A stretch of DNA of 54,691 nt, the filler included, from Sphacelaria rigidula (taxonomy: Eukaryota): the NCBI GenBank assembly GCA_964200075.2. It is 3 parts of 3 records of this genome, joined end to end, with 100 filler letters (N's around TTAATTAATTAA, not from the genome) between each part and the next. Parts side by side here need not be neighbours in the genome. Positions count along the whole stretch, not along the records: positions 18,273 to 36,437 come from CAXNAA020000902.1; 2 more parts are not named here. One strand, 5' to 3'. The notes beneath the pieces are model-generated. The model worked only from the letters and a program-made list of their open reading frames with translations, searched no databases and was not told the origin of the DNA. The stretch's first letter is position 1. Each line of letters opens with the position of its first letter. This document shows positions 24,511 to 36,537 of the stretch, piece by piece. Position numbers and translations under genes: made by a program.

Positions 24511-26276
24511 CAAGGGCAGGTCGAGTAGAGTATACTCAATACTCAGTGTTTTCGAAGAGTCATACTTTTAGTACTCAGATTTTGAGTAGAGTATTTGAAA
24601 CCGTACACAATACCGGTCGCCCCGGTGGCTCAGTTGGTAACCTCGTATCCTTCTGACGGTTGAGTAGTGGGGGTCAATTCCTGGAGNNNNNNNNNNTTCC
24701 ACTTAACGGTTGACGAGGGAAAGGGACTGCTGAACCCCTCTCGCGCAAAACAATAAAGGCAAGCACCGCCGAAGGAAGGTGGGGTACTACAAACAAACAA
24801 AAAATAAAAGAAAAAAACTCCTGTGTTACCCTTCCTCCTGTGTGACCCCGGCTGGTGCGCCCACATATACCGAAAGGTGCAGACTGGGGCCCAGAATAAA
24901 TGGGACGACGACACAACACAACACACACACACACACACACACACACAATCTACCCAAAATTTGAGTAGAGTATAAAGGCCATGACCAGGTGATACTCTGA
25001 ACTCGAGTATTACTGGGAGTGCTTATAACTCAATATTTGAGTACAGTATTGGAGGTCGTACTCGATCTACTCAAGATAAGCGTGGAGTAATTGAGGCCGT
25101 ACTCAACCTACTCAAAATTTGAGTAGAGTATTTGAGGTCATATTAAATCTACCCAAAAAATAAGTAGAGTATTGAGGCCATGCCCAAGTGATACTCTATA
25201 CTCAAGTATTACTGAGAGTGCTTACTCAATATTTGAATAGAGTATGGGAGGTCGTACTCGATCTACTCAAGATTTGAGTGGAGTATTTGAGGTCATATTT
25301 GACCCACTCAAAATTTGAGTAGAGTATTTGAGGTCATATTCAATATACTCATAAATTGAGTAGAGTATTTGAGGTCATACCCAATCTACCCGAAAGTTGG
25401 CTAGAGTATCTGAAGCCGGACCCGATGTACCACCGCTGACTCTCCCATGGAGGAGTCACATGTGCGGCTTGTAGAGTCGCTAATTTTCGATAATACCTAC
25501 CCGACAACCCGTCTACTCGATTACTCGATGACGGTGAGTAGCGCTCTGTACTGAAGGTAATATCGAAAGGGTTGAGAGGTTTCAGGTACGTATTGTCGTG
25601 GGTGGGGGCAGGTGAGCTGGGGCAGGTAGGTTCATTCGCCTGCACATTTTTTTCGTTTTTTGATGGCCATGATTCGCTCGTACTCATCGTAGCCAGTGAC
25701 GTACCGCCACTCATCTACTTCATGGCCATCGTTCGCCCATGTATTCAACATAGTCTGTGAAGTGATGTCACGAAGTCGCCGACGGTCACGGCTACGCCTC
25801 ATACCCAAGTGATCTCTATACTCGAGTATCACTGAGAGTGCTTACTCGAAATTTGAGTAGAATATTGGGGGTCGTAGTCGATCTACTCAAATTCGAGTAG
25901 AGTATTTGAGGCCGTTTCAACTTATTCAAAAGTTGAGTAGAGTTTTGAGGCCGTACTCGACCTACTCGAAGTTTGAGTAGATTATTGAGGTTATACCCAA
26001 GGGATACTCTATACTCGAGTATTACTGAGAGCTTACTCGGTATTTGAGTAGAGTAGTGGAGGTCGTACTGAATCTACAAAAAATGAGTAGAGTATTTGAG
26101 GTCGTACTCGACCTACCCAAAATTTAAGCAGAGTATTTGAGGCCGTACTCAACCTACTCAAGATTTGAGTAGAGTATTTGAGGCCGTACTCGACCTACTC
26201 AAAATTTGAGTAGGGTAAGAACTCGAGTATTTTACTCGAGTACTCAAAAGTACATACTCCACTCGACCTGCCCTTG
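24511..26276. mobile_element. Non-autonomous hAT-like DNA transposon filled with ~41-bp tandem repeats
   Basis: TIRs CAAGGGCAGGTCGAGTAGAGTAT and ATACTCCACTCGACCTGCCCTTG, with a perfect 8-bp TSD GAAGCTTT (24503-24510 and 26277-26284). No transposase ORF recognised. Confidence 0.88.
24612..24942 (+). mobile_element. tRNA-derived SINE nested in the hAT element
   Basis: A box TGGCTCAGTTGG and a degenerate B box. The body is homologous to 38394-38753 and ends in a (CA)n tail. It is flanked by an ACACAAT duplication (24605-24611 and 24943-24949) and contains a 10-N gap. Confidence 0.85.
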
Positions 26277-26466
26277 GAAGCTTTGCACCGTTGCTTCACG
26301 TATCATCGACGCAAACAATTTCTGCCAACGCCTTCGAAGCGCCCTCCGTCTCAATTGATACCCCATATTCCTCTACAACTGTAAAGTGCAGGCCTCAATT
26401 GTACAGTCGAAATGTATATGATAGTGTAAGCATCTTTGTCACAAAGTGACCATTCTAAAATTGATG

Positions 26467-26999
26467 CTTCCTCTGTCCCATAAGTCAAGGTGCCTAAATT
26501 TGTACGGGCCCTTAACGATGTCTGATCGTTTTTTTTCATTTAATAAACTCTACAGTGTTTTTTGGGTTGAGGAAATATGCTTCAAATTTGCAGCTCGTGC
26601 TCGAACCATGTCGCTGAACGGCTGCAAAAAAAGTAGTCAGCCCCCAAATGGCCGTTTTTTGCCCTTTGCAAGAGGAAAAAAAGTTGCCTAAAAAAAAAAA
26701 AACGCGTGGGACTTCCCGGCAGCAATTGCGTGAAGGCGGGGGCGATTAAAAAAAAATCAAACAATATGTTTCTCGACACTCTTCTTGCCCTCGAAAAGGG
26801 GCAAAAAAACGGCCATTTTCGGGCCGACTACTTTTTTTGCAGCAGTTCGGCGGCATGGTTCAAGCACGAGCTGCAAATTTTAAACACATTTTCTTGACCC
26901 AAAAAACACCGTAGAGTTCATAGAAAAAACAAACAAACGATCGGACGTCGTTAAGGACCCGTACAAATTTAGGCACCTTGACTTATGGGATAGAGGAAG
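26467..26999. mobile_element. Stowaway-like (Tc1/mariner) MITE with ~210-bp inverted arms
   Basis: Termini CTTCCTCTGTCCCATAAGTCAAGGTGCCTAAATTTGTACGGG and CCCGTACAAATTTAGGCACCTTGACTTATGGGATAGAGGAAG. Flanked by TG on the left and TA on the right, consistent with a decayed TA TSD. Confidence 0.85.
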
Positions 27000-27179
27000 T
27001 ATAAAACTAGGGGATAGCGGCAAACCTCAAATGAACGGGATAAACTGGCGCCCTCGTCGCCAGTTTCGGTTTAATCGCCAGTATATACTGGTCCACACGC
27101 TTTTCCCGATAAGATTCTTCGAGGAGGAAATGCGTTGATTTTACGCGTGGGGAAGAGGGCGGGGGAGGGCACGGGTCAT

Positions 27180-27615
27180 AAGCAGTAGGGTAGGGTGAAT
27201 AGGTCTGAACGATGCCTGGCGCGTGCTCAGAAGTCTGGCCACTCTTGAGTAACGGACCCTAACGGTGCAATATGACCCTTGCGCGTAGTCAGGGAGGGGA
27301 TGGAACGACATCTTCCCCGGAGTGTCTAGTACTATTGAGAAAAATGGCATTTATCACTAGTCGGGGGAAAATGTAGGCTTCTTGTTGGTATCGGTCACAT
27401 GTTCAGAATCACCGTTGTCCGGTCGCAGATGGCTCAAACGTCTGATAATACCCCCCGTTCCCACTGAGATAGATTGTTCGGAGAGGGGGTTCGTTGTTTC
27501 ATCCCCTGAAAAGGGGAGGGGGGGAGGAAGGGTCCATGAAGAAATGGAATGGGGTGAATGCGTTCTAACGATACCTCCCGCGTGTCCAGGTGCATCGCCA
27601 TTCGTGTGTAGATGC
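27180..27615 (-). repeat. Further diverged copies of the 23.4-23.7 kb repeat
   Basis: Nucleotide similarity to 23400-23680. Conceptual translations share R(M/V)AxxL(N/S/D)TR. Confidence 0.55.
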
Positions 27616-30310
27616 CTGCGGAACTACTCGTGGCGAAAACGGGTATGACATTCCTTATCGTGTTCTGGGATGGGCACAGCGATTTCAGCCCCGGGTGCGG
27701 AGAAACGGGGGGTCGTGGAGAGGTACTCGATGATTTGCATGTTATACCGATGCGTTCGTGTGAAGCAGGTGAAACTGGTGATACCACCCGTGTGATCATG
27801 TTTCGGGGAGGGGGATGCGTGCATTAAATTCCCGGTAAGACGCTTTTTTTCATTCTTCTATCGTTTCCCTACTTCAAGTATGCCAAAAACACCTTTACAT
27901 CATCTAAACGTTATGTCATTCACACGGTATTGGCCAAAACGGTGGATGCCACCCCTGAAGTCACCGTAGCAACGACCCCCAGGGACGACTGCTTTCTCGT
28001 CCCGTACACCATGCACCCTGCCCAAATCCGACTTCTCCGATGTTATTGATGTACTATTATGTGCCATTCGTCAATTTTCGGGCTCGTCACGAGTTTTTTC
28101 ACGTATAGAACTCGAACATTCAAATGTGACCTTGATTCCCGCGGATGTGCCTTGCTTTTGGGTCCCACCGATTACGCCAGAAGCAGCTAGGGGCACATAT
28201 CTAGCGGGCAGTTTTTTGTGCATTGTTTTGCTGAATGTTGAGCCAAATTTCCGCACTTTTGAACCCTACAGAGTTCGAGGGGTGCAAATATCGGGTGCAA
28301 CTGTGAATGTCAAATAGCAGGGGTAGGTGTCCTGCCCAGCGCGCTTTGCGCCACTACATAAAACCCACCGATGCGAGTCCCGTGGCGTTACGTCTTGACG
28401 CTTGTCTTGGGTCTTGGGATCACACACCAACAATCACGCCGTTCCAAGGCACAGTCTGCTTCGTGGGCGAGCCTGTTTGTACTACTCGTGTAGACAGCTC
28501 TTGTGAAGGGATATTAAACACCAGGCGAAAAATTATCCTTGCCCGTCAAAGGTATCCCACTATTGGGTGGTAAACTTCAGCCCTGATATCAAACGGGATT
28601 TGGCAATCAATATTAGAAAAGAAGGACCCGCTGTTCCTGCGGCGAGAGGGCACCACTCACTGTTCTTGCGAAAGTGAACCGATACAAGTGTCTCTTGCAA
28701 AAAAATAGTGGAGGCGTTCACGTGTTTCGTGCAACGTGTTCACAAGCCATTAGCTCCTGGAGGGTTGGCCCTTCAGACATGTGAGTCTACAAATAACAAA
28801 AAAGCCTGTTGGGGGTGGGACTAGGCGGTGGTCCACATAATGACAAATCATTTCAGCACAGTAGTGAGTAATTCATATGAAACTTGTGCTGGCTGATGCC
28901 GTAACGAAAAAGTCATTTTTACACCGGGTTGTACATTGGTTCCTGGCTTCGGTTATTTTCCGAGCAAATGACTTCTTACCGAGCCGCAAAAAACGACAGA
29001 TTCCTCGCCCTTGCTCGAAGTCATCCAGAGTCTGAAGAGCCCAAACGCACTTGAACTCGGATGGAAAACGCCACGTTGACGCAAACGGTATTCCATAGCT
29101 GAAAAATTACATGGCACACCAATTTCTAACTGAGCTTTGGAGGCCACTCAAAGTCCGAGTAATGAGCCAGGGGTGATGAGAAATCAAAACATGCGAGGGC
29201 GACAAATGAGAAGCATTCTCCTTGGTGAATTGCGCATGACGACTAATGGATACAGCTGATGTTCGCCACCACTCACCATCCTCACATATAACCGACGTCC
29301 GTTCCATAATGCACAGCAGTTTCATGCTACACAAACAGCAGCAGCTCTGCATGTTCACGGGATGGATCGTCCAGGAGGATATGCATGCGGTGCAGACAGT
29401 AGCGTGCACCCACACACGCAGAAGTCATGATCAATCCCGCCAATCCACACTCTGTTGTGAGCGCCGAATTCATTCTTCTACGGCATATGCCGACAGGGGA
29501 AGAATGTGGAGGTTGTGGCATAGTAGCATAAGTGCTGAGGGCCGCCGGATATTTGAACGCTTGCAGCACCGAGGCATGTATCCCACCCACCATTGCCCAT
29601 GGGTTGGCAGATCATCGTGTTCGAACATTACACTACATGGTTATAGTCCACCCTGTCTGGTTACATACTGTCGGGCTACGTGTACCAGTAGCACAACCCA
29701 AAAAGTCTCACATACAAACAATCTGTTGAGTGGGGATCACGCGACGGGTTACTGAAAATATATAATCACTGGGTAATTTCAACAATGGTCCCTCAAGGGT
29801 CAAGCTGATATAGTTTCACCACCACACGACACAACGGACAACAGTTGCCTCGTTTTCTTGGAACGGATGCGTCGAGAACCTCGACAAACAGCACGTGTCA
29901 CACGCTAATGCAAGGCAGCGTACCAGGCAAGACAGTAGCACACGACAACAATGGGCATGGAATGCGAACGAGCCCATGCCAATGCATGAAGTGCTTCTGA
30001 AAAAGCGAATGCGGAGACAAACAAGGCTGCATGGACACGAACTTACATTCCAAACGAATGGCAACAACCCGATAGGTGGACCATGACAAATAGCTGAGAG
30101 AGGTTTCACGACAACACATCGAGAATCTCACGTGTGCACGACATTTACAAACACCAAGCGCCTGGTGTCCTGCAGGCGAAAAAAAATGGACTGACAAGAC
30201 ACACAGATAACGTACCACACCAGTTACACTTGACATATACCACGAACGAGCTCCTCCAACCGCGTCCCTCAAAATTGTCGGCACCACGCTAAATTCGGTT
30301 GGCCACTTCA

Positions 30311-32278
30311 CTACGACCACAACTCCTGCACATACCGACCATCATTTTGCAACGAGTGCATGAACTCTTTGGAGTCTTCGAGATCCATCGAACCCTTTTC
30401 CTGCGCAATTCGAGTCAATTCGTTGTGCACATCCGTCCCCATACGCGTACCCCCGCACACATAAACGTACGCGCCCTCAACAAGTAGCTCCCACACCTCT
30501 GTAGCATCCTGGTGCAAGAGGTGTTGCACGTACACCTTCGACGTATCCTCGCGGCTGAAGGCCAAACGCAAGCGATCCAATGTCCCATTCGCTTTGTATG
30601 CCTCGAGCTCGTTTTGGTAAATGTAGTCCTCATCCCTGCGCCTGCACCCAAAGTACAGCCAATTCCGCCCAACATTGCCCCCCTGAACTTTCTGCCAGCT
30701 GCGCTCCTGAAGCAGGGCCCGCATGGGAGCGACCCCCGTCCCCGGCCCGATCATGATGATTGGGGTAGTCGCGTTCGACGGCAGCCGAAAAGTGGACGGG
30801 CGAACAAAAACCGTACACCGTGGTCCGGCATCGTGACTTCTCGCTTTCACGTTTGATTCAACTTCGCCGTTCGTGTGCGACGCGTCCAATTTGCTGAGGA
30901 AAGTCGAACATATGCCGCGATATACGCGACCTTCTCCCCGCTCTTGCTCTAGAACGGCGACAGTTATGTGCACTCGCGAAGGTGAGACAGATGAGGACGA
31001 CGAGATGGTGTAGTAACGGGGATGTAAATGGGGAACGATGTGCAAAAAATGCTGTAACGGCATCGTTAAACTCGAGAAGCTCTCCAAGATCAACTCGGCC
31101 AACGTCCTTGCCGGTGCCTCCACGACACGGTGGTATTCCTCCCTGCCCTCTTTTGAGCTAAGCTTGCGCAGGGTTTCGCGCTCAGCGTCATCCACGACGT
31201 ATGGGACTAGCTGCTCCAGTAGGTTGCGCCGAGGGATGCTGGTGACGTCCATAAAGCGCAAGAGGGCGTCCCGTACTGTGCACGGGGTGGGGAAGATCGG
31301 CTTGTGGCTGTTATCGTGCTGAACGACGAATATCGCATTTGGGTCGTAGCCAAGCGTCGTGCACAGTCTCTCCACGGCAATGTGATCGTTCAGCGGCAAA
31401 ACGGCGAGGTTATCTGCTGTCTGGTACTGTACGCCGGTGCCCTCCAGGTCGATCTCGATATGGCGTGTGGATCCCACTGACTTGCCCACTGATCGCAATT
31501 CCTTGTTGGCCACAACAGTTGCTTCGCGGCCCTGCCAGTAAAATTTGGATGAAGAAGCCGCACCAGTCTCCGGAGTAGGGGCAAAGCCAGCCACTTCGTC
31601 TTCGGTGAGCAACTTCACCGAGAATGGAATATCCGATGCCTTGTCCACCCCATCCACACCCCCCTTTCCGCCGAACCGAGCCACTAATGCGTCCCACAGA
31701 CCTTCCTTCCACGCCTCGAAGTCCTCTTCCAGCTGGTCGTCATCGTCACCCTCTCCATACGCGTACATTCGCTGAGCTCCGAGCTTTTCGAGGCCTTCAT
31801 TGGTTTTCCGCCCCATGAAATTGTAGTGATCGTATTGCTTGTTACCCAACCCAAAGACGGTGAAATCTAATGTTGCCAGGTGATCAGGTGCCAACTCCTC
31901 GCCGTTGTTGTCCAGCCAGGCACTGAATTCCACCGCGTTGTCGGTAGGCTCGCCGTCCCCGTACGTGGCAACGCAGAATATAGCCTTTCCAGTTTCCAGC
32001 ATTTCCTGGGCGCTGAAGTCCTCCAAGTCCACCATAGTCATTGAAAATCCATGCCGACGGCCTTCGGCGACGAGAATCTGTGCGAAGCTCTCGGCCGTAC
32101 CGGTCTGAGAGCCAAAGTAGACGATCAGGGAGCGGCCGGGCAGCACCTCCTCCTCCTGGACTGGTTCCGGCAGAGACTTTCTCTTCTTCCCTAGAAGCAA
32201 AAGGATGGCAGGGAACAGCACAGCGATGCCGGTCCCAAGTCCTGCATACAACCATGCGTTCGTTCCTCCCGCAGACAT
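30311..32278 (-). CDS. CPR: NADPH-cytochrome P450 reductase, paralogue B (intronless, 655 aa from the ATG at 32278)
   Basis: Same domain set as paralogue A, with canonical acidic ATYGDGEPTDNA and GDDDDQLEEDF, and ends in ELWS. The ORF-track start at 32317 is GTG; the first ATG (MSAGGTNAWLY) precedes the membrane anchor. Confidence 0.96.
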   Translation of the reverse strand: MSAGGTNAWLYAGLGTGIAVLFPAILLLLGKKRKSLPEPVQEEEVLPGRSLIVYFGSQTGTAESFAQILVAEGRRHGFSMTMVDLEDFSAQEMLETGKAIFCVATYGDGEPTDNAVEFSAWLDNNGEELAPDHLATLDFTVFGLGNKQYDHYNFMGRKTNEGLEKLGAQRMYAYGEGDDDDQLEEDFEAWKEGLWDALVARFGGKGGVDGVDKASDIPFSVKLLTEDEVAGFAPTPETGAASSSKFYWQGREATVVANKELRSVGKSVGSTRHIEIDLEGTGVQYQTADNLAVLPLNDHIAVERLCTTLGYDPNAIFVVQHDNSHKPIFPTPCTVRDALLRFMDVTSIPRRNLLEQLVPYVVDDAERETLRKLSSKEGREEYHRVVEAPARTLAELILESFSSLTMPLQHFLHIVPHLHPRYYTISSSSSVSPSRVHITVAVLEQERGEGRVYRGICSTFLSKLDASHTNGEVESNVKARSHDAGPRCTVFVRPSTFRLPSNATTPIIMIGPGTGVAPMRALLQERSWQKVQGGNVGRNWLYFGCRRRDEDYIYQNELEAYKANGTLDRLRLAFSREDTSKVYVQHLLHQDATEVWELLVEGAYVYVCGGTRMGTDVHNELTRIAQEKGSMDLEDSKEFMHSLQNDGRYVQELWS

Positions 32279-32612
32279 GATCTTCACCCTAACTACGTCA
32301 ACTCGACGACTTCCCACAGCCGGGACACGGTTGAATCAGCCAAGCAGGGGCACGCGACCGCTCAATTGAATAATAATTTGATTAGTGCGGTCGTCTGCTA
32401 ACAATGACCGATCTTGGTATTTCGATAATCCTATTTTGAAATTTGAAATAGCAGTTTCCCGCGATGGATACTGCACAGTACCTGCGGCAGCAGCACCAGC
32501 TTGGCGACCTCAGTGCCGCTTCCCGCTTCATACGTGCTTGCTGATCGGCGATTACGAGTGAGAACACGCTGAATATTTGTACCTAGATCGCGGATCAAAC
32601 CCCTTTCACACA

Positions 32613-32803
32613 ATGTCGACTCTCGACAAACATATGCTGAAAGAGCTCTTGCTCGTCTGCAGCGCCCTGGGAAGTGTGGAAACGACAGATGCTAGCCCTG
32701 ACGAAAACGGCGACGATCATGAGACGGGAGACCCACTGGCACCACCATCGCAACGGTTCGTGCGAGGAGAGAATTGTCTTGAGTGGCTACAGGATCTACA
32801 GAG
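32613..32803 (+). CDS. TIMELESS: Timeless/Tof1/Swi1 family protein, first exon only
   Basis: MSTLDKHMLKELLLVCSALGS...FVRGENCLEWLQDLQR resembles the Timeless N-terminus (ELLATCSALG...DCLESVKDLIR). Strong donor AG|GTAAGT at 32803/32804. No downstream exon recognised before the contig end. Confidence 0.82.
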
Positions 32804-33800
32804 GTAAGTGTGTGACATTCATGGCGAGGTTTCATGCCATGGTGAGAGGCGAGAGCTTACTGTCCCACATCTCGAACCAGCCGGTCCAAGCACCTTACCC
32901 GCATACTTTCGATATACGGTGCATAACACCCCCGCGACCGTCCTGGCTGTACCGGTTTATGTATGCAGCAGCTGCTTGCAATCGAGAGGTACTACCATAT
33001 CATGCTACTGTACCGTTCTGCAAGAGACCACGAGTACAACACGTCGTACATACTGCTGATTCTGTCTGTACTGACTATCCAGAAGACAGTAAAAGCAGTG
33101 TTCCTGTATATCGTACTAATGATGAATAGTACAAGGGAGCACAATGCATGACCCGGATGACCTCTTCTCGCGACCAAAGGGTTAATTAACTCGTGGAAAA
33201 AAATGTCTCTGCCTTGCACTATTTTTGTCAATACTCGTATGCCCTTGCGCTGGTCCATACCAAATTTCAAAGCACGACGCTCAATACCGAGTTGCTGAAG
33301 GGCCTGCAGGATGCAAGATACAGCCCCGTTTTTAGGCTGGCCCAGCTTGCAGCTGCATGTACCGTTTATATACCAAACAGTCTGCATGAGCCACTGTTCT
33401 ACAGTTGTCAATACTATGCCACTAACGTATATCCAGCACGTTGCACTTGCTCGTGCCGTATGCGTTTTCGCACCGTGCTGTCTGATGTGCTCAGCTCTGT
33501 CGCGCACATATCATGAATGAAAAACATATTGCTGTTCTATCTGAACAGATGATGCTTTTTGCTGATACACGCCCTGTCTGTTGTGTTTCCATGACGATGC
33601 TACTTGACCAGAACCTGAGGGAAGTCGTATTTGCTCGCTTTCCCTCAACGTTACCATCAGGTTGTCTTTTTTTGTTCTTCTTATCTTTTTTGGATCTTCC
33701 TATCTAGCGTTGTTCAGTCTCCGCTGCGCAGGCTCTGTAGAGCATCTCTTTGAACAGCACTCCAGGCAGTATATCTATTTTGGGCTTGGTCTCTGTACTG

Positions 33801-34380
33801 CAGTATTGGCCCGCTCATGAGAAACTGAAATTCTGGCCGAGGCTGGGTTTCTTATATTTTCTGCCGAAAGAACAATATTTTCTTAAACGCGTCCTTTTTA
33901 TTTCTCGTGCCAAATTCGAGACTGCTGGGCTCTCCTCCTATGTCTCGTTACTACGGCAAATTCGACACTACTGTGCCTTGTTCTATTTCTCGTTCTATTC
34001 CTGCGTCAACGGAACGGCCCGCGGACTGTTGTGAATGGCAAAACTTGAAAAAAGCGGCCTCTACACCAACCCTTGTGCAAATCAACATCGACACTCCCGA
34101 AAACAAAATCTCGCCGCAAAAAATGACAGTTTCATTCTGGGGTCACCGTGGGAAATTTCTGCCCCCCCTTTTATTTTTGGAGAAAAAATCCCCTTCCTGT
34201 GACACTGGTCCGCTAGCTGTGCTTGTAGGGGTATAGTGTGGGGTCACCAGGTGTCAGCTAGTGGAGGGGTACCTCTTTCTTATGTTGCAGCAGATGCCAA
34301 GCCTGGACCGTTTCTGAATTTTTGAAAATCCTGAGCCTGGCTTTCTTAAAAGTGCGTTTCTTATGACCGGGCCGACACTG
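33801..34380. mobile_element. Tc1/mariner-like MITE (580 bp), probably within Timeless intron 1
   Basis: Imperfect 25-bp TIRs CAGTATTGGCCCGCTCATGAGAAAC and GTTTCTTATGACCGGGCCGACACTG; flanks TG and TA. Confidence 0.7.
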
Positions 34381-36437
34381 TATGCGACAGTTTCGGTTAT
34401 CGGCTCACTCGCTGTCACTACGCTGTGTATACACCAATACGTGGTAAAGTAGTCGGAGAGGACACACGCGGGGACTTCTTAGATTCCAGTACGATTAGGT
34501 CTCCTGTGGTTAAATCGGTCTCATACGGATCTTTCGTAGTGTAGGTGCCCTTTTTTCGTGTAAATCTTTTGTTTCTTGCCTTGTTCTGCGGGCTGTTTGG
34601 GTTATGGATATGGTTCATCATTCTGTTTTTTTTTTCGCTGCTCCTGACCACGGACTGGGTTGTTGCAATCAGCTAATGTGAGATAATCAATCAATCAATG
34701 GCTGGTATGCTCCTTGCACTCTGTGACCACGGGTTCGAGCGATCGAGCTAATGTTACGGACATGATAATATAATGATAATGATGATGATAATCTCGTTGC
34801 GGATGTTCACCTGGATTCCTGTGGAATCCGTTAATGGGCGACACTCAATCAATCAACTCCTCCCGCGAGTTCTGGGGGGATTACTTATAATGCCCACACC
34901 AACGTTTCCTCATCATTTTGAAAGTTTTACAATACTGAACAGTATGGTGTGGTGTTTGCCCACCAAAGCGGCAAACTCGGCCGAAGATCTGAACAAACCC
35001 CACCATCACACCTCGACGGCATGTATAAATCACATGGGAGAGAACACACAAGGAGCTATGGCATGCAGTAAAGTAACGAATAAACCTACCCTCATCCGTG
35101 CTTTGCAGGTCCTTGTGGATTCGTCACCACTGGCAACAAACGCCGGTTTCGATCTCTCGAGGAAGCACTGATGAGTTGCCTGGCAGCCATCAGTCGAACT
35201 CAAGTGAAGCTGCGTCACCAACAATCGGTGTAGACACTTTCTACGATAGCCCCCCCGCCCAGAAGTGGATAGTTTGGGGAGGCAAAATGTACACGTGAAT
35301 CGATGTCAAAAAAGCCAAGCACAACGAGCAGCTTGGAATTCCCCATGCTTGGGCTCGTTTTCGCCAATGTCGCTCATATGAGGCGCTTCATGCAGCCTGA
35401 AACCAAACATCGGGCACTGTATGACCATTTCATTCGTGACAGTTTTAGTTTGGGGGGAGGGGCTACCGCAGAAAGTGTCTATAGAACAAATGGTACGGTC
35501 TCTCACTAGTTGCACTGTGTATTTTCTTCTCTTCGACACAGTGCATGCCTGTACCGCACGGTCGATGCATATTCAAAGGACGCAACAAAGTAAACTCCAT
35601 ACCAGCGCAAAGTGTGGTGGTGTCTCCTGAAATACTGGATGAACTACCCCCAACGCGAGCATGATCTTCGTAGCTGAGCATGAGCGTGGCTTTGAGCTAC
35701 TGTACATGTCCTAGGACAGGACCCTCTCGTATATAGCCCAGGCACACCATGGGCCGCCCCTGATCTTTGCGAGCGAGGGAGTTTCCCCGCACCGTAGAAA
35801 TGGACATTATTTTTTCCACGTCAAGTTTTCCCTACTGTACACGTCTCTCTTCGTCGCTCTCAACAACGCCCAATATACAACCAGAATGAAGCTCGGCCAC
35901 AAGACTTTTCGAGAAGAGGTGTGACGTGACCCTTTCCAGCAACATCATTTTTCATAAAGGAGTGTCCATGATCGGGGAGCAATCGAGTTGCTGTCAAGCA
36001 CGCGTGTACTGTTCTGTTGAGGTGTTCCCTCCCGTGTTTTCATCAAAAACCACACCAAGCATCGATGTGCCGAACAAAATGGTTGGTGCTTCATTTAGCA
36101 CGGTATATTTCAGCAAAATGACCGCGTTTCAGCTGTCATTCTGAAACTATTGAAAGCTCCATCTTGACATCAAACTCGCTCCCTCGTCTTCCAGCCCATC
36201 TCAGCCTTCACTATGCTAAGTATATTTGCACTCTCGAGGTGCTTTTCTGCCGTAGCATTTGGGCTCAGCAACGTTGCCATATGCTGCCAAGAGTAAGTCG
36301 TCATTTGGAGTTAAGGAGGGTCCGGAGAATTCCTCCATATCCTCCACCGACGCATTGTGAAGAGAGCCTCTTGTGGGAGTGATGCTACGGTAGGGGTACA
36401 GAAATAATTTCTGAGGTTGGAATTGTTAGGAGCCCCT

Positions 36438-36537
36438 NNNNNNNNNNNNNNNNNNNNNNNNNNNNNNNNNNNNNNNNNNNNTTAATTAATTAANNNNNNN
36501 NNNNNNNNNNNNNNNNNNNNNNNNNNNNNNNNNNNNN
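36438..36537. other. Artificial contig linker (N44-TTAATTAATTAA-N44)
   Basis: Same 100-nt construct as 18173-18272. Confidence 0.97.

Noticed and set aside
24950..26260. CRISPR-like regular repeats
   Set aside because: The units are degenerate tandem copies with no unique spacers, enclosed by TIRs and a TSD. The context is eukaryotic and there are no cas genes.
35000..36200. Decayed MULE/FAR1-like ORF or further Timeless exons
   Set aside because: Only a vague similarity (FPMLGLVF), with multiple stops and no in-phase Timeless-like exon recognised.
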